From an uncultured Gemmatimonadaceae bacterium (lineage in GTDB: Bacteria > Gemmatimonadota > Gemmatimonadetes > Gemmatimonadales > GWC2-71-9): a stretch of 44,696 nucleotides of DNA. Location of the stretch: NCBI GenBank assembly GCA_964608715.1, contig CAZSPH010000002.1:6545-51240 (forward strand), given 5' to 3'. Below, one piece after another: positions 12,401 through 20,610 of the stretch; the first letter of the stretch is position 1; each line of letters starts with the position of its first letter. The notes below the pieces were generated by a model, which did no database searches, was not told where the DNA came from, and saw only the letters and a program-made list of their open reading frames with translations. Position numbers and translations under genes: made by a program.

Positions 12401-12714
12401 AAGGGCTGGCGCGGGAACTGGTCAGCCGGATCCAGCGGCTGCGCAAGGATGCGGGACTGGATGTGTCGGATCGGATCGCACTGTCGATCTGCGTGACGGC
12501 CGGTTCGAGGGCCGAGGTGACCGAGGCCGCGGAGACCCACCGCGACTATATTGCGGGCGAAGCTCTGGTGCGCGATCTGCAGATCGGAACCATGCTCGAG
12601 AGTGCGGACCGGTGTGAATCGGTCTCCATTGACAACCATGTCGTCGAATTCGCTCTTCGCCGACTCGGGGACGGTCGGACCGTATCCGGCCCAGAAGCAA
12701 TGGACGTGTCGTGA
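9487..12714 (+). CDS. ileS: isoleucine--tRNA ligase (long, type-2-like form)
   Basis: HIGH-region PPTANGRPGIHHV, KMSKS motif, a CP1 editing insertion, 1075 aa. Confidence 0.97.
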   Translation: MEDRKMTGKPRTGWPQWPDRGPDRMEQDLLATWRDEKLFEQVQEAGSGKPGFVFFEGPPTANGRPGIHHVFSRTIKDLICRYQAMNGKRVTRIAGWDTHGLPVELEVEKRLGFAGKQDIEKYGVAEFAKACLDSVFTYRDEWVQLSERIGYWLDYDRAYVTCTRDYVESVWWLLKRLHQRDMLYRGHRVLPYCPRCGTVLSSHELAQGYADVRDRSIYVTFPLRDGSGRELVVWTTTPWTLPSNVAVAVNPGIEYAEFESPLHPGRRFVMALSREAKAIELLGEGTIAVRNFSGSELVGAEYHRPLPVVDLPTDRNAEIVVAGSFVTADDGSGLVHMAPAFGADDYAAGQEFCLALLRPVAADGTFAGTNWPELEGRLVTDDATNELIIRRLKTDGRHLKTEAYDHTYPHCWRCRSKLIYYARDSWFVRTSAVKERMLEFNSQIGWHPPEVGAGRFGEWLGNNVDWALSRDRYWGTPLPIWVNDRDPSQIEVIGSLEELREKSGYVPADDLGVHKPWVDEVTWTAPDGGTMRRAPEVIDTWFDSGAMPWAQWHYPFGDTGQLEGHFPADYICEGIDQTRGWFYSLLAIGTTAFDAAPYRNVIVNELVLDASGQKMSKSRGNVVDPWALIERHGADAARLYLLMSSQVWLPKRFDERQIGEAVGGFINALRNAWQFFALYAPVDDPAATDEVKLADSDRWILGRLDATVAAVRAGFDGYDVTTGLRALNDFVIDDLSKWYIRLNRDRFWAADSSADPAAVATLHEVLVGCARMLAPAAPFVADWLHRALAGAPVHLADFPIDRGRLDVAADRAMDAARRLSSLGRSARENANLRVRLPLATMKVAVPAAIRGVEFDAVLDLVRAETNVKAIELVESDADLVRLKGKPNFRTLGKVYGADVKMVAAATATLPADALRALESGVPYTAVIADREIIWQPEDVTVEREVVTDWAVASEGGFVVALDPHLTAELAREGLARELVSRIQRLRKDAGLDVSDRIALSICVTAGSRAEVTEAAETHRDYIAGEALVRDLQIGTMLESADRCESVSIDNHVVEFALRRLGDGRTVSGPEAMDVS

Positions 12715-13094
12715 CCAAGGAACAACTGAAGCACCTCGAAGGACGACTTATCGAGGAGCGTGGCCGCGTCATGAAGGAACTCGGATACTACGGAGAGGCA
12801 TTCAACGCCTCGCTGCAGTCCTCCGACGGCGATCTGTCATCGTATTCGTACCACATGGCTGATCAGGGTACCGATGCGATGGAGCGCGAGAAGCAGTTCC
12901 TGATGGCCTCCAAGGAAGGGCGCTACCTCTGGCACCTCAACGAGGCACTCCGGCGGCTGTACAACGCTCCGAACAACTTCGGCAAGTGCCACCAGTGCGG
13001 CACCGTGATCGACTTCGAGCGGCTCGACGCACTGCCGCATGCCAGACTCTGCATCTCCTGCAAGGAGAAGGAAGAGGATGGCAAGCGGCGTTGA
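12711..13094 (+). CDS. DksA/TraR-family C4 zinc-finger protein
   Basis: C-terminal CHQCGTVIDFERLDALPHARLCISC four-cysteine finger preceded by a coiled-coil region. GTGA overlap with ileS. Confidence 0.85.
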   Translation: MTKEQLKHLEGRLIEERGRVMKELGYYGEAFNASLQSSDGDLSSYSYHMADQGTDAMEREKQFLMASKEGRYLWHLNEALRRLYNAPNNFGKCHQCGTVIDFERLDALPHARLCISCKEKEEDGKRR

Positions 13095-13578
13095 TCGCCG
13101 GTTCTTCATCGCGATGATGGGCGGGGTGGTCCTGATCGACAGGATTACCAAGGTCTTCTTCGAGCGGTGGCTGATGACGACCGGGCCGGTCTCGGTGATC
13201 GGAGAGTTCTTCCACTGGCGGCTGGTCTACAACCGCGGTGCGGCCTTCGGGATGGGGGCCTCCAGCGACCTTTCCCGCTGGATCCTCTTCGTGATCGCGA
13301 TCATTGCGGTGGTCATCCTCTACCGGATGAATCGCGAATCGGAGCCGGGTGACCGGCTGCGACAGCTCTCGCTCGGCGCAATCGCCGGCGGAGCGGCCGG
13401 CAACATGATCGACCGGATCGTATCCCCTCCCGGGGTGGTCGACTTCATCGACTTCGATTTCGGTTTCTACCACTTTCCGACCTTCAACGTCGCTGACATC
13501 GCGATCACCTGCGGTGCGGTGGCACTGGGCTGGTCGCTCTGGCGAGAGGAGCGCAGTCGTGCAGCCGTTGCCGGCTGA
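13078..13578 (+). CDS. lspA: lipoprotein signal peptidase (signal peptidase II)
   Basis: Four TM segments, NRGAAFG and FNVADIAITCG (catalytic Asp contexts). ATG 13078 is preceded by GAAGGAAGAGG. Conserved ileS-lspA linkage. Confidence 0.9.
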   Translation: MASGVDRRFFIAMMGGVVLIDRITKVFFERWLMTTGPVSVIGEFFHWRLVYNRGAAFGMGASSDLSRWILFVIAIIAVVILYRMNRESEPGDRLRQLSLGAIAGGAAGNMIDRIVSPPGVVDFIDFDFGFYHFPTFNVADIAITCGAVALGWSLWREERSRAAVAG

Positions 13579-14590
13579 CGACGGCGTCGACACCGGCTGC
13601 TCATTCTCGGTGAGTGCTCCGGTTACGGAGCGGCTCGACCGCTTCCTCGCCGATCAGTTGCAGTGGTCGCGGACCCAGGCCGCCCGCATCGTCGCGGGAA
13701 AGCTGGTTGAAGTCGATGGCAAGGTTGCCCGGGCGTCCCGGACTATGGTTCGCGGTGACCTGGTCACCGTGCGTCCGCTTCCCGAAGCGGCCCCCCGCAG
13801 GCTTCTGCCCCACCATCTGCCGCTCTCGATCATCTACGAAGACGAACATCTGGCAGTGATCGACAAACCGGCCGGTCTGGTGGTGCATCCGGCCCCCGGC
13901 CACTGGAATGACACTCTGGTCAACGCCCTGGTGGCCCGGGGTACCACGCTTTCCGGCGGGGCCGAAGGACGGCCGGGGATTGTCCACCGGCTCGATCAGG
14001 ACACCAGTGGGGCAATGGTGGTTGCCCGCACCGACGAGGCCCATCGGAAGCTCGGAGCGATGCTGGCGGCCCGCCGGATCCATCGCACCTATGCGGCACT
14101 CTCCTGGGGGCATCTCGACGGCCCCCGGGTGATCGAGGCGTCGATCGACCGGCATCCCGTGGACCGCAAGCGGATGGCCATCCGGGAAGATGGCAGAACT
14201 GCCCGGACCGATGTCTTTCCGGCCGCCCGTCTCGGCCCGGTGGACCTGCTCCGCCTGGAACTCCATACCGGCCGCACCCACCAGATCCGGGTGCACCTCG
14301 AATCGATCGGTCATCCCGTGGTCGGTGACCGGGTCTACGGTGGCGGGGGGGCGAGGCGGATTTCCGGCCCCGAGCGGGCGCTGGCGAGGGCAGTCGACGA
14401 TGCCGCACCCAGGCAGGCACTTCACGCGGCCATTCTTGCTTTCCGCCATCCGGTTACCGGCGAGGACATGGTCTTCCGGGCCGCCTGGCCGGCGGACCTC
14501 CTTCCCCTGATGGAGCTGCTGGTGCCATCCGAGACTTTATCGGATCGGGAGGCAGTGCTGAGCAGCCTGGGGTTCCATCGGCGTGACTGA
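13559..14590 (+). CDS. rluD: RluA/RluD-family 23S rRNA pseudouridine synthase
   Basis: S4-like N-terminus (RLDRFLADQL), catalytic HRLDQDTSG, and TGRTHQIRVHL. The start is uncertain (13514 ORF start vs GTG 13559). Confidence 0.9.
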   Translation: MQPLPADDGVDTGCSFSVSAPVTERLDRFLADQLQWSRTQAARIVAGKLVEVDGKVARASRTMVRGDLVTVRPLPEAAPRRLLPHHLPLSIIYEDEHLAVIDKPAGLVVHPAPGHWNDTLVNALVARGTTLSGGAEGRPGIVHRLDQDTSGAMVVARTDEAHRKLGAMLAARRIHRTYAALSWGHLDGPRVIEASIDRHPVDRKRMAIREDGRTARTDVFPAARLGPVDLLRLELHTGRTHQIRVHLESIGHPVVGDRVYGGGGARRISGPERALARAVDDAAPRQALHAAILAFRHPVTGEDMVFRAAWPADLLPLMELLVPSETLSDREAVLSSLGFHRRD

Positions 14591-14945
14591 AGACCAGCTC
14601 TCCGGTGGCGGGTTGATCGCCCGGGCTGGCGGAGTGCGCTGGTTCGTACCGGTTGCCGGCGTCCTGGAGGTTCTCCGGGCGCCGGTCGTAGCCCGTGTTC
14701 CCGGCGCCCCGCCCGCTCTGCTCGGAGTGGTGAATCATCGGGGAAGGGTGCTGCCGGTGGCGGATCCGGTACGCGCGCTCGGGCTCTCCGGAGCCAGCGG
14801 GATCTCGGTCGAGGTGGTGGTCGTGGAGGGTGGCGGCCGCCGGTTCGGCATTGGTGTGGACGGCGTCGTGGAACTTGCTCCGGCCGCTCGCATGGGGCTT
14901 GCAACGATGGACCTCGACGCGGTCGCGGCCGCGATATTCGGTTGA
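14583..14945 (+). CDS. cheW: short CheW-like coupling protein
   Basis: CheW-domain pattern: WFVPVAGVLEVLRAPVVARVPGAPPALLGVVNHRGRVLPVADP ... FGIGVDGVVEL. Only ~120 aa. The GTG overlaps the rluD stop by 8 nt. Confidence 0.75.
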   Translation: MTEDQLSGGGLIARAGGVRWFVPVAGVLEVLRAPVVARVPGAPPALLGVVNHRGRVLPVADPVRALGLSGASGISVEVVVVEGGGRRFGIGVDGVVELAPAARMGLATMDLDAVAAAIFG

Positions 14946-14970
14946 CCGGTATTTCCTGGGAGAGCTGACT

Positions 14971-15336
14971 GTGGCACATCGGATCCTGATCTGTGACGAT
15001 GCGATCTTCATGCGGACGATGATCGCAGACATTCTGACCGGCGCGGGCTACGAGGTCGCCGGCGAGGCCGAGAGCGGCCTCCAAGCGGTCGATCGGTACA
15101 AGGCGCTCAAGCCCGATCTCGTCACGATGGACATCGTGATGCCGGACATGGGCGGCATCGATGCTGTCCGCGCCATCATCGAGATCGACCCGGATGCCCG
15201 GATCCTGATGTGCTCGGCGATGGGCCAGCAGCAGCTGGTGGTCGAGGCGGTGCAGGCCGGTGCGAAGGATTTCGTGGTGAAGCCGTTCCAGGCCACCCGC
15301 GTTCTGGAGGCGGTGAAGCGGGTCCTCGACGGGTGA
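14971..15336 (+). CDS. cheY: single-domain response regulator (CheY-like)
   Basis: ILICDDA (acidic pair), LVTMDIVMPDMGG (phospho-acceptor Asp), CSAMG and VVKPF (Lys). GTG 14971 follows GGGAGAG. The upstream extension to 14830 overlaps cheW and was not used. Confidence 0.92.
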   Translation: MAHRILICDDAIFMRTMIADILTGAGYEVAGEAESGLQAVDRYKALKPDLVTMDIVMPDMGGIDAVRAIIEIDPDARILMCSAMGQQQLVVEAVQAGAKDFVVKPFQATRVLEAVKRVLDG

Positions 15337-16829
15337 CCGACCAGCGGCGGGCGCGTTATCTGGCACTGTTCGCCGCCGAATCGCGGACCCTGCTGGCGGG
15401 CGCCCGCCGCTCGCTGCGTGACTGGGACGATGCCCCGGCAGATCCCGCCAACGGCGACGCCGTCTTCCGGGCATTGCACACCGTCAAGGGAATGGCAGCA
15501 TCGCTGGAGTTCCAGGACCTGGTTGAAGAGATCCACGCAGCCGAGACCGAACTGGCTGAACACCGCAGTGGCGCGTCGCTGGTATCAGCCGATTGGCTGG
15601 TTTCATTCGGCAGGATGCTGGACCGACTCTCGGTTGCAACTGAGAGTGCTGCCGGAACGGTTCCCGATGGCACGACATCGCGACCGGGCGCGACTACTCC
15701 CGTCGTGCGGGTCGACCTCTCCCGGCTCGACGCACTGCTCGACGAACTCGGTGGACTGGTGACTGCCAGGCAGGAGCTGGCCCGCCACGCTGCCGGCGAC
15801 CCCTTCCGTCCGGTTTCCCGTGCCGCGGTAGCGATGACCCGCCGGCTCGATGAGGTCCAGAACCGGATTCTGGACGTCCGCCTCGCTCCTCTCACCGAGA
15901 TCATGGAGCCGGTTCCGCCGATGGCCCGCGAACTGGCACGACACCTCGGCAAGGAGGTCACGGCAGAGATCACCGGTGACGAACTCGAAGTCGACCGGGG
16001 AATTCTTGCCGTTCTCCCTGATGCGATGATTCACCTGGTGCGGAACGCGATCGATCACGGTATCGAACCTCCCGGGGAGCGCCGTGCCGCAGGGAAGGGT
16101 GCGACCGGGCGGATCTCGATCCGGGCCCGACAGGATGGCGAGACGGTGGTCGTGACCATCTCCGATGACGGCCGGGGAATCGACCGGCGACGGGTGGCTG
16201 AAAGGGCGGTTGCTGCCGGGATACTTCAGTCCGGGGCAGAACTGGGCGATAACGATCTTCTGGGAGTACTCGCTCGGCCCGGTTTCTCGACTGCCGCTAC
16301 CGTTTCCGAGGTATCGGGGCGAGGGGTGGGCCTGGACACGGTGGTCGCAGGTCTGCACGGCGTAGGTGCTGCGCTGTCGCTCACCTCGGTGCCGGGACGC
16401 GGGTCGATCTTCACCATCCGGCTTCCGATGCGGGTCGGGATCGTGAAGGCGCTGGTGACGGGGATCGGGCCGGAACGGTACGTGATGCCGCTGACCCAGG
16501 TCAGTGAACTCGTAGCCTGGGATCCGGCCGCCGCACGGGTGGAAGGCGGTCGGACAGTGATGGATCTCCGCGGGGCCGATGTCCCGGTGGTGGATCTGCG
16601 ACGGCTGCTTCTCTTCCGGGGAGCGGCACCGCCGCCGCACCGTCCTGCGGTCGTCTGCGACATGCAGGGGCAGCGGATCGCCCTGATCGCCGACGAGATA
16701 GTCGGCCAGGTGGATGCCGTGGTGCAGGCGTTCGATCGACCTGCCGGACTGCCCCGGTGGGTGGGCGGTGCCACCGTACTCGATGACGGCAGACCGGCGC
16801 TGATGCTCGACCTGGCAGGTGTGATGTGA
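15333..16829 (+). CDS. cheA: CheA-type histidine kinase lacking a P2 domain (~498 aa)
   Basis: HPt motif FRALHTVKGMA, P3 (VRVDLSRLDALLDELGGLV), HATPase boxes HLVRNAIDHGIE / DDGRGID / GRGVGLD, and a C-terminal CheW-like P5. GTG 15333 overlaps the cheY stop (GTGA). Only ~25 aa link HPt to P3. Confidence 0.92.
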   Translation: MTDQRRARYLALFAAESRTLLAGARRSLRDWDDAPADPANGDAVFRALHTVKGMAASLEFQDLVEEIHAAETELAEHRSGASLVSADWLVSFGRMLDRLSVATESAAGTVPDGTTSRPGATTPVVRVDLSRLDALLDELGGLVTARQELARHAAGDPFRPVSRAAVAMTRRLDEVQNRILDVRLAPLTEIMEPVPPMARELARHLGKEVTAEITGDELEVDRGILAVLPDAMIHLVRNAIDHGIEPPGERRAAGKGATGRISIRARQDGETVVVTISDDGRGIDRRRVAERAVAAGILQSGAELGDNDLLGVLARPGFSTAATVSEVSGRGVGLDTVVAGLHGVGAALSLTSVPGRGSIFTIRLPMRVGIVKALVTGIGPERYVMPLTQVSELVAWDPAAARVEGGRTVMDLRGADVPVVDLRRLLLFRGAAPPPHRPAVVCDMQGQRIALIADEIVGQVDAVVQAFDRPAGLPRWVGGATVLDDGRPALMLDLAGVM

Positions 16830-16854
16830 CGCAAGAGAGAAAGGAGTTCTGCTC

Positions 16855-17481
16855 GTGACTGCTGTACTGAACGACCTCGATACGCTGAGACGCGATGGCC
16901 TGCGGGAGGTGGCCACGATTGGCGCCGGACATGCGGCCACCGCTCTCTCCCAGCTCACCGACCGGCGGATCATGATCTCGGTTCCGCAGGTGCGCCAGCT
17001 CGATTCCCGCTCGCTCCCGACAATGCTCTCCGGCTTCGGCGATCACGTCGCAGTCGTCAGCATGCGGATGCTGGGCGACCTCACCGGCCGGGCACTGCTG
17101 GTATTCAGCGAGCAGGATGCGGTGCGACTCTGTGATCTGATCCTCCGCCGTGTCCCCGGCCCGGTCAGGGCCCTGGGTGATCTCGAGCAGTCGGGGCTCA
17201 AGGAAGTGGGTAACATCGTCTGCTCCGCCTACCTCACCGCGCTCAGCAACTTCATGGGAATGATGCTCCTGCCGTCGGTTCCCGGACTGATGATCGGGCC
17301 GACCGGTCCGGCGGTGGAAAGCAGCCTGGATCCGGCCGACACCCCGGGCAACCTCGTCTTCTGTGTCGACACCGCGTTCCGGACTGACGGTGTTCCGGCG
17401 CAGCCGTTGACCGGAGCATTCCTGCTGATGCCGGACCGCGCATCGATCAGGGCAATCCTCGAGGCGATCAGGCTCGACTGA
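16855..17481 (+). CDS. cheC: CheC-family CheY-P phosphatase
   Basis: Two copies of the D/S-x3-E-x2-N-x22-P signature. The first is DGLREVAT..x22..P (Asn replaced by Thr). The second, SGLKEVGN..x22..P, is canonical. Confidence 0.85.
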   Translation: MTAVLNDLDTLRRDGLREVATIGAGHAATALSQLTDRRIMISVPQVRQLDSRSLPTMLSGFGDHVAVVSMRMLGDLTGRALLVFSEQDAVRLCDLILRRVPGPVRALGDLEQSGLKEVGNIVCSAYLTALSNFMGMMLLPSVPGLMIGPTGPAVESSLDPADTPGNLVFCVDTAFRTDGVPAQPLTGAFLLMPDRASIRAILEAIRLD

Positions 17482-17482
17482 G

Positions 17483-18619
17483 ATGGCCGACCGGGATGCC
17501 CTGGTCGGCGCACTTGCGGGTCGCTGTGATCCGGAACATGCCGCCACCCAGACCGGACTGGCCTGGTACGCCGGACGTCACGGTCACCAGCGCGTGGCAC
17601 TTGCTGCAGCGCGTGCTGCGGTCGCCGCAGCCGATCCTCCGGCGGCCGCCTGGACTGCGCTGGAGGCGCTGACCGCCGGCAGAACCGACCGTCTGGTACT
17701 TCCTGCGGACAGCGACACTGCTGCATCCGATCCCGAACCCCGCATTGCAGTCGCCGCCGGCGTCGAAGCTCACCGCCACGACGCATGGGTCGTGGCCGAG
17801 CTGTGCTACCGTGCCGCCATCGGCGACGACTGCTGCCGGGCCGCGGCAACTGCCAACCTGATGGCGCTCCACGAGCAGCGAGGTGAGGCGGCCCCCGCAG
17901 ATCGACTCTGGGAGACCGTCGCCGCTTCTCCCGGGTGGCATGCCCTTCACAATCGCGCTCTGGCCCTGGCGCGCCGGGGCAACGTCGGCGCTGCCAGAAG
18001 ACTGCTGGCCGGCCACCGCGATCCGGTGGTTGCCCACGCCGAACTCCTGTTCCTGGTCGGCTACCTGGCGCTGCTCGAAGGTGATGCCGCGGCCGGCCGT
18101 GTCGCGCTGGAGGCGGCGCTCTCCCGTGACGGGGCGCTTGCCAGGGCGCTGTTCGCGCTGGGCATCGCCTGCGATCAGCTCGACCGCCCGGGAGATGCCA
18201 TCAGCTCGATCCGCCGTGCTCTGGTCTCCTCACCATGGTTCGCTCCACAGGTATGGCTGCTGGCATTGCCGGATGGTGACGGCTGCGTCGAACAGCCTGC
18301 CTCGATCGTCGAGGGTGGAGTGGACGGTCCGACCGATCAGATTCTGCTGGCACTCGGACGGTCGCTGCTCTTCACCGGGCAGCAGGTGGAGGCGCTGGCG
18401 GTCTTCGACCAGGTGCTGCTGCGCAATCCCGATCATCCGGTCGCCCGGTATCACCGCGGGGTGGTACTCGCCAAGCTGCGCCGCTACGACGAGGCTCTGG
18501 GTGACTGGCAGCGGGTACGCGATGCCCTGCCGGGCGATGCGGAGCTGGCAGCGCTCGCTGCCCGCAGCGCGGCCTCGGCGGGACGGCTCGCCGAACTCTT
18601 CGCCGGTCCGGAGCGGTGA
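17483..18619 (+). CDS. TPR-repeat protein
   Basis: Ala/Leu-rich helical repeats with TPR-like periodicity (e.g. ALAVFDQVLLRNPDHPVARYHRGVVLAKLRRYDEALGDWQRV). The start lies 1 nt after the cheC stop. Confidence 0.7.
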   Translation: MADRDALVGALAGRCDPEHAATQTGLAWYAGRHGHQRVALAAARAAVAAADPPAAAWTALEALTAGRTDRLVLPADSDTAASDPEPRIAVAAGVEAHRHDAWVVAELCYRAAIGDDCCRAAATANLMALHEQRGEAAPADRLWETVAASPGWHALHNRALALARRGNVGAARRLLAGHRDPVVAHAELLFLVGYLALLEGDAAAGRVALEAALSRDGALARALFALGIACDQLDRPGDAISSIRRALVSSPWFAPQVWLLALPDGDGCVEQPASIVEGGVDGPTDQILLALGRSLLFTGQQVEALAVFDQVLLRNPDHPVARYHRGVVLAKLRRYDEALGDWQRVRDALPGDAELAALAARSAASAGRLAELFAGPER

Positions 18620-19527
18620 TGCACGGGCCTCTGCACGAGATAGGACTGGTCGAGGTCCTCCAGTTGCTGGAACGGGGAAGGCGCTCCGGTCGTCTCGTCG
18701 TAGTCGGTGGCCGTCACGACGAGCATCGAACGGTGGCGATCGACCGTGGCAGGATCGTCGATCTCCGCCCGCTCACCGAGGCGGATCTGCTGCTCCACCT
18801 CGCGATCCGGGCACTGGTACCTGCAGGGACGGTCCGTGCCTCTCCGGAACTGATGGCGATGGCGCGATGCGAGGTTGCAACCGCCGTTCTGCTGGACATG
18901 CTGACCTGGTCGGTCGGCCGGTTCGATTTCACGGCCGGCGAGGTTGAAGCCGGGCCACTGGACATCACTCCTTCGGGACTGATGATGCAACTGGTGGCAG
19001 GCGAATCGGCCCGGACCGAAACGGCTGAGGCTGTGGGCAGTTTTGCCGCGGTACCTCGTTTTGCTTCCGTCGCGGAGATTGCGGGCGGTACACCACTGAT
19101 GCTGGACAATCTCGACTGGCGGATTCTCGACCGGATCGATGGTCGTCGCGATATCGCCGCGCTCGCCCGTGAACTCATGGAGCCGGTCGAGTCGGTCGCC
19201 CGGCGGTCACTGCGGCTTGCTGCTGCCGCTATAATTCATCTCGACATGCCTGCCGGCGATTCCGTTGCCAGGGCCAGAGCGGTGCTCGATCAGGGCGATG
19301 CCGTGGCGGCCATCGGGATCCTGGCGGAACGGGTGGCTGCAGCCCCGGAGGATGGAGAGGCTTGGCGATGGCTCGGCTTTGCCGAATTGCGGATGGGCAG
19401 GATCGATCGGGCATCCGCTGCGTGGCGGGCCTGGGTGAACGCTTCCCCGGTCCACCATTTCGAAGCAGCGCCGCTGCTCGCCGCCGCCGAAACGATGATG
19501 GAAGCACTGCGAGGAGCCGGTGACTGA
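18616..19527 (+). CDS. DUF4388/PATAN-type N-domain protein with C-terminal TPR-like region
   Basis: N-terminus GPLHEIGLVEVLQLLERGRRSGRLVV ... GRFDFTAGE matches the DUF4388 pattern. Mid-region NLDWRILDRIDGRRDIAALAREL looks like a small winged-helix-like segment. GTGATG overlap with the upstream gene. Confidence 0.7.
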   Translation: MMHGPLHEIGLVEVLQLLERGRRSGRLVVVGGRHDEHRTVAIDRGRIVDLRPLTEADLLLHLAIRALVPAGTVRASPELMAMARCEVATAVLLDMLTWSVGRFDFTAGEVEAGPLDITPSGLMMQLVAGESARTETAEAVGSFAAVPRFASVAEIAGGTPLMLDNLDWRILDRIDGRRDIAALARELMEPVESVARRSLRLAAAAIIHLDMPAGDSVARARAVLDQGDAVAAIGILAERVAAAPEDGEAWRWLGFAELRMGRIDRASAAWRAWVNASPVHHFEAAPLLAAAETMMEALRGAGD

Positions 19528-20275
19528 TATCGCAGGTCCGTTGTCCGGCGCTGATCCGGAACCCGCCTTCCTGGAGCTGGGAGAGCGACTCCGTCAGCGC
19601 GGCCAGCTCGAGGCCGCGCTCAGCGTGGCGATTGCCGGAGTCACCCGCCACCCGCAGCTTGCCGCCGCTCACGATCTGGTCGGAAGGGTACGCGCCGATC
19701 AGGGCGACGATGCCAGTGCGCGCCAGGCCTGGCTTGCCGCGCTCGAATGCGAATCCGGTCATCCCGGCGCCCTCAAGGGACTCGCCTTTCTCGCCTTCCG
19801 CAATCACGACCTCGCCGAGGCTGAGCGACGCCTGGAGCAGGCGGTCCGCAGCAGTCCGGGGGATGCGGGAGTGGTCGGCGCACTCGATCGTGTCAGGGCA
19901 GCCCGGAATGCGGACAACGAAGTGGTCCGGATCGAGGATGGTGCCCACGGACTTCTGCTGGTCGATCGTGACGGATACCGACTCGTGGGAGATGCCAGGC
20001 TCGACCACGAAGACGATCGGTCGCCCGACCTTCTGGCCGCCGATGCGGCAGCGGCGGCCCGCGAAGCTGTCCGGCTCTCGCGGCTGCTGGAACTGGGAGA
20101 ATGGCAGTCGCTGGTGGTAGAGAGTCGACGGCAGCGGGCCGCAGTGGTACCGGTACGGCACGATGCGACACTGCTGCTCAGGCGCTCGCCGCTCGCCCCG
20201 GTCGGGCGGCTGATGGCGGTGGCCCGCCGCGCCGCCGTGGTCGCGGGCGAATGGATCGATCGGAACGTCGCATGA
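19520..20275 (+). CDS. TPR (N-terminal) - Roadblock/LC7 (C-terminal) fusion protein
   Basis: N-terminal TPR-like helices (RQRGQLEAALSVAIAGVTRHPQLAAAHDLVGRV...). The C-terminal ~110 aa show a Roadblock pattern (GLLLVDRDGYRLVG ... AAAAAREAVRLSRLLELGEWQSLVVESRRQRAAVVPV). Confidence 0.65.
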   Translation: MTDIAGPLSGADPEPAFLELGERLRQRGQLEAALSVAIAGVTRHPQLAAAHDLVGRVRADQGDDASARQAWLAALECESGHPGALKGLAFLAFRNHDLAEAERRLEQAVRSSPGDAGVVGALDRVRAARNADNEVVRIEDGAHGLLLVDRDGYRLVGDARLDHEDDRSPDLLAADAAAAAREAVRLSRLLELGEWQSLVVESRRQRAAVVPVRHDATLLLRRSPLAPVGRLMAVARRAAVVAGEWIDRNVA

Positions 20276-20610
20276 ACGGATGGTTGCCCAGACTCCGGAG
20301 CGCTGCCGGTGTGGCCGGAGTGCGCGCCGTCTTTCTCGTCTCCTCCGATGACGGCCTGATGGTGCAGGAGGTTTCCCGTGACGAGGCGGACGTCGCCGCC
20401 GCCGCTGCACTGGTCGCATCGCTGGTGCGTCGCTCTGCGACGCTCGCAGGCGACCCTCCCGATACCATCACCCTGGCCGCTACTTCAGGCACCGTGATCG
20501 CCGTCGACGCGGGGGACTCGCTCTGGCTGGCAGCCCTGGCCGCGCCGGGAGCCGAACTGGGGCGGCTGCGTCTGGTGCTCGGCGATCTCGCTGCCGGGAT
20601 CGACCGGTGA
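20272..20610 (+). CDS. Roadblock/LC7 domain protein (MglC/MglB-paralog-like, 112 aa)
   Basis: VAGVRAVFLVSSDDGLMVQEV ... AAAAALVASLVRRSATLAG ... ITLAATSGTVIAVDAGDSLWLAALA. ATGA overlap with the upstream gene. Confidence 0.7.
   Translation: MNGWLPRLRSAAGVAGVRAVFLVSSDDGLMVQEVSRDEADVAAAAALVASLVRRSATLAGDPPDTITLAATSGTVIAVDAGDSLWLAALAAPGAELGRLRLVLGDLAAGIDR

Noticed and set aside
9178-12639. 1153-aa ORF on the minus strand, antisense to ileS
   Set aside because: It mirrors a + strand gene with unmistakable IleS motifs. Its translation is Arg/Pro/Gly-rich low-complexity with no recognisable motif. Long stop-free antisense frames are expected in GC-rich DNA.
15210-15332. Upstream extensions of several listed ORFs: cheA from 15210, cheY from 14830, MglA-like from 20773, the 112-aa Roadblock from 20101, murD from 36275, ftsW from 37738, lspA from 13039
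   Set aside because: The extensions run through the 3' end of the preceding gene in another frame and add non-homologous sequence. Internal ATG/GTG codons at the upstream stop (ATGA/GTGA) give proteins that begin where family homology begins.
17883-18947. 354-aa alternative-frame + ORF spanning the TPR/DUF4388 junction
   Set aside because: It has no motifs and a Arg/Pro/Ser/Trp-rich composition. The annotated frames show TPR and DUF4388 patterns and coupled stop/start codons.
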